Assembly (NCBI RefSeq): GCF_009914755.1
Contig: NC_060939.1
Source: the human T2T-CHM13v2.0 reference genome, Homo sapiens
Strand: one strand, 5' to 3'
DNA length: 64,000 nt
Part shown: positions 63,130-64,000 of the stretch, one piece after another
Layout of the letters: each line of letters opens with the position of its first letter
How positions within the stretch are numbered: position 1 is the stretch's first letter
Position numbers and translations under genes: made by a program
The notes under the pieces: generated by a model
Database searches by the model: none
Told to the model about the DNA's origin: nothing
Seen by the model: only the letters and a program-made list of their open reading frames with translations

Positions 63130-63770
63130 CAAATGGCCGGTCAAGACAGGTAGACAGACAGAAGCCAGGAGTGAGAGACGGGAGGTCCAAAGTGCAATAA
63201 AACACTCAAGAACCAGTGAATCCATGGGAGCTTACAGCGGGGGGGGCGCATGAAGGGAGGAGCATCCAGGTAGAGGGGAAGGAATGGAGGTGTGAACAGG
63301 AGGCAGGAGGGCACAAGCTATTTGATATGTTTGGAGAGCGAGGTGCTTTTCTGAGGCTGAGAAAATAACGGGAAGCCAGAATCTGGAGGACTGGGTAGAC
63401 CATGTTAAACAGCAAGCACTTGATTCTGCACGTGTTGTTCGCCAGTGCAGGGCTTCTAAGCAAGGCAGTGACATGATCACATCACATTTTAGGAAGGGTA
63501 CAAATTAGGCATGGCCACAGGCAGGAAGACCCAAGAGATCTCTTACAGTCAGGGATAAGAGTCTAAACGACAAGGTGGCCATGGACATTCAAAGAAAGAA
63601 GACTGAAGAGACTTTAGAGGGCAGGCCCCATGGGACCTGAGTGAAGGGGTTTGGGAGACTCACAGCTTTCTGCTGTGAAGTCAAGGATATCACAAACTAT
63701 CGGAATGAAAGAAACAGTCCTAGGGCTAGGGGTAGGTGGATGAATGTGGTTCCATTTTGAACAAGAGGAG
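63130..63770 (-). mobile_element. Second, more degraded LINE-2-like fragment
   Basis: 'ggtagaccatgttaa', 'ttctaagcaaggcagtgacatgatcacatcacattttaggaag', 'gaagtcaaggat' in L2-like order. Confidence 0.6.
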
Positions 63771-64000
63771 AAAATTCAGGTAATTCATTTTGATTGATCA
63801 AGCAAAATAATTTGCAGCTGAACATTATAGAAGCAACAACAATTCTTATGATATTGGGGTATAGGAAACAGGCTCAAGAAAGCACAGTATTTCCTGTTTC
63901 TCTTCTGATTCAATAAATAATATTTTCTGTTAAGGTTTTGAATAACTGTTGTTTTAATTAATCAAAAGGAGACAAGATAAATTTGAACTTAAAAGCATAA

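Noticed and set aside
62336-63480. Short ORFs in the terminal region (also 47568-47783) as host exons
   Set aside because: They overlap degraded L2 or LTR-like sequence, with no recognisable domain or supported gene structure.

Overview
Primate (hominoid/human-like) pericentromeric DNA at the edge of an alpha-satellite domain. Bases 1-~47,197 are divergent, monomeric-type ~171-bp alpha satellite in one orientation. Every monomer I read carries the A-type (pJalpha) box and I saw no CENP-B box. The array is built of several sequence-distinct layers, including a dimeric one, with a patchwork of local multi-monomer duplications. Three young L1PA2/3-type LINE-1 insertions interrupt it, two with twin-priming 5' inversions (2.8 kb and only ~17 bp). 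From ~47.2 kb on is a stack of nested retroelements: old L1M, an L1PA13-16-type element with a ~50-bp 5' inversion, Alu J/S/Y copies, L2, and a full-length L1PA4-type element. Its ORF1 is split by a 5'-truncated L1PA2/3-type element that carries a ~270-bp 3' transduction inside a perfect 15-bp TSD. No host protein-coding gene is supported, and I found no new biological system. The most notable items are the nested transduction, the three inversions, a 359-bp identical tract suggesting gene conversion, and mismatched flanks on the full-length L1. Subfamily calls rest on diagnostic bases recalled from consensus sequences and need RepeatMasker/Dfam confirmation.
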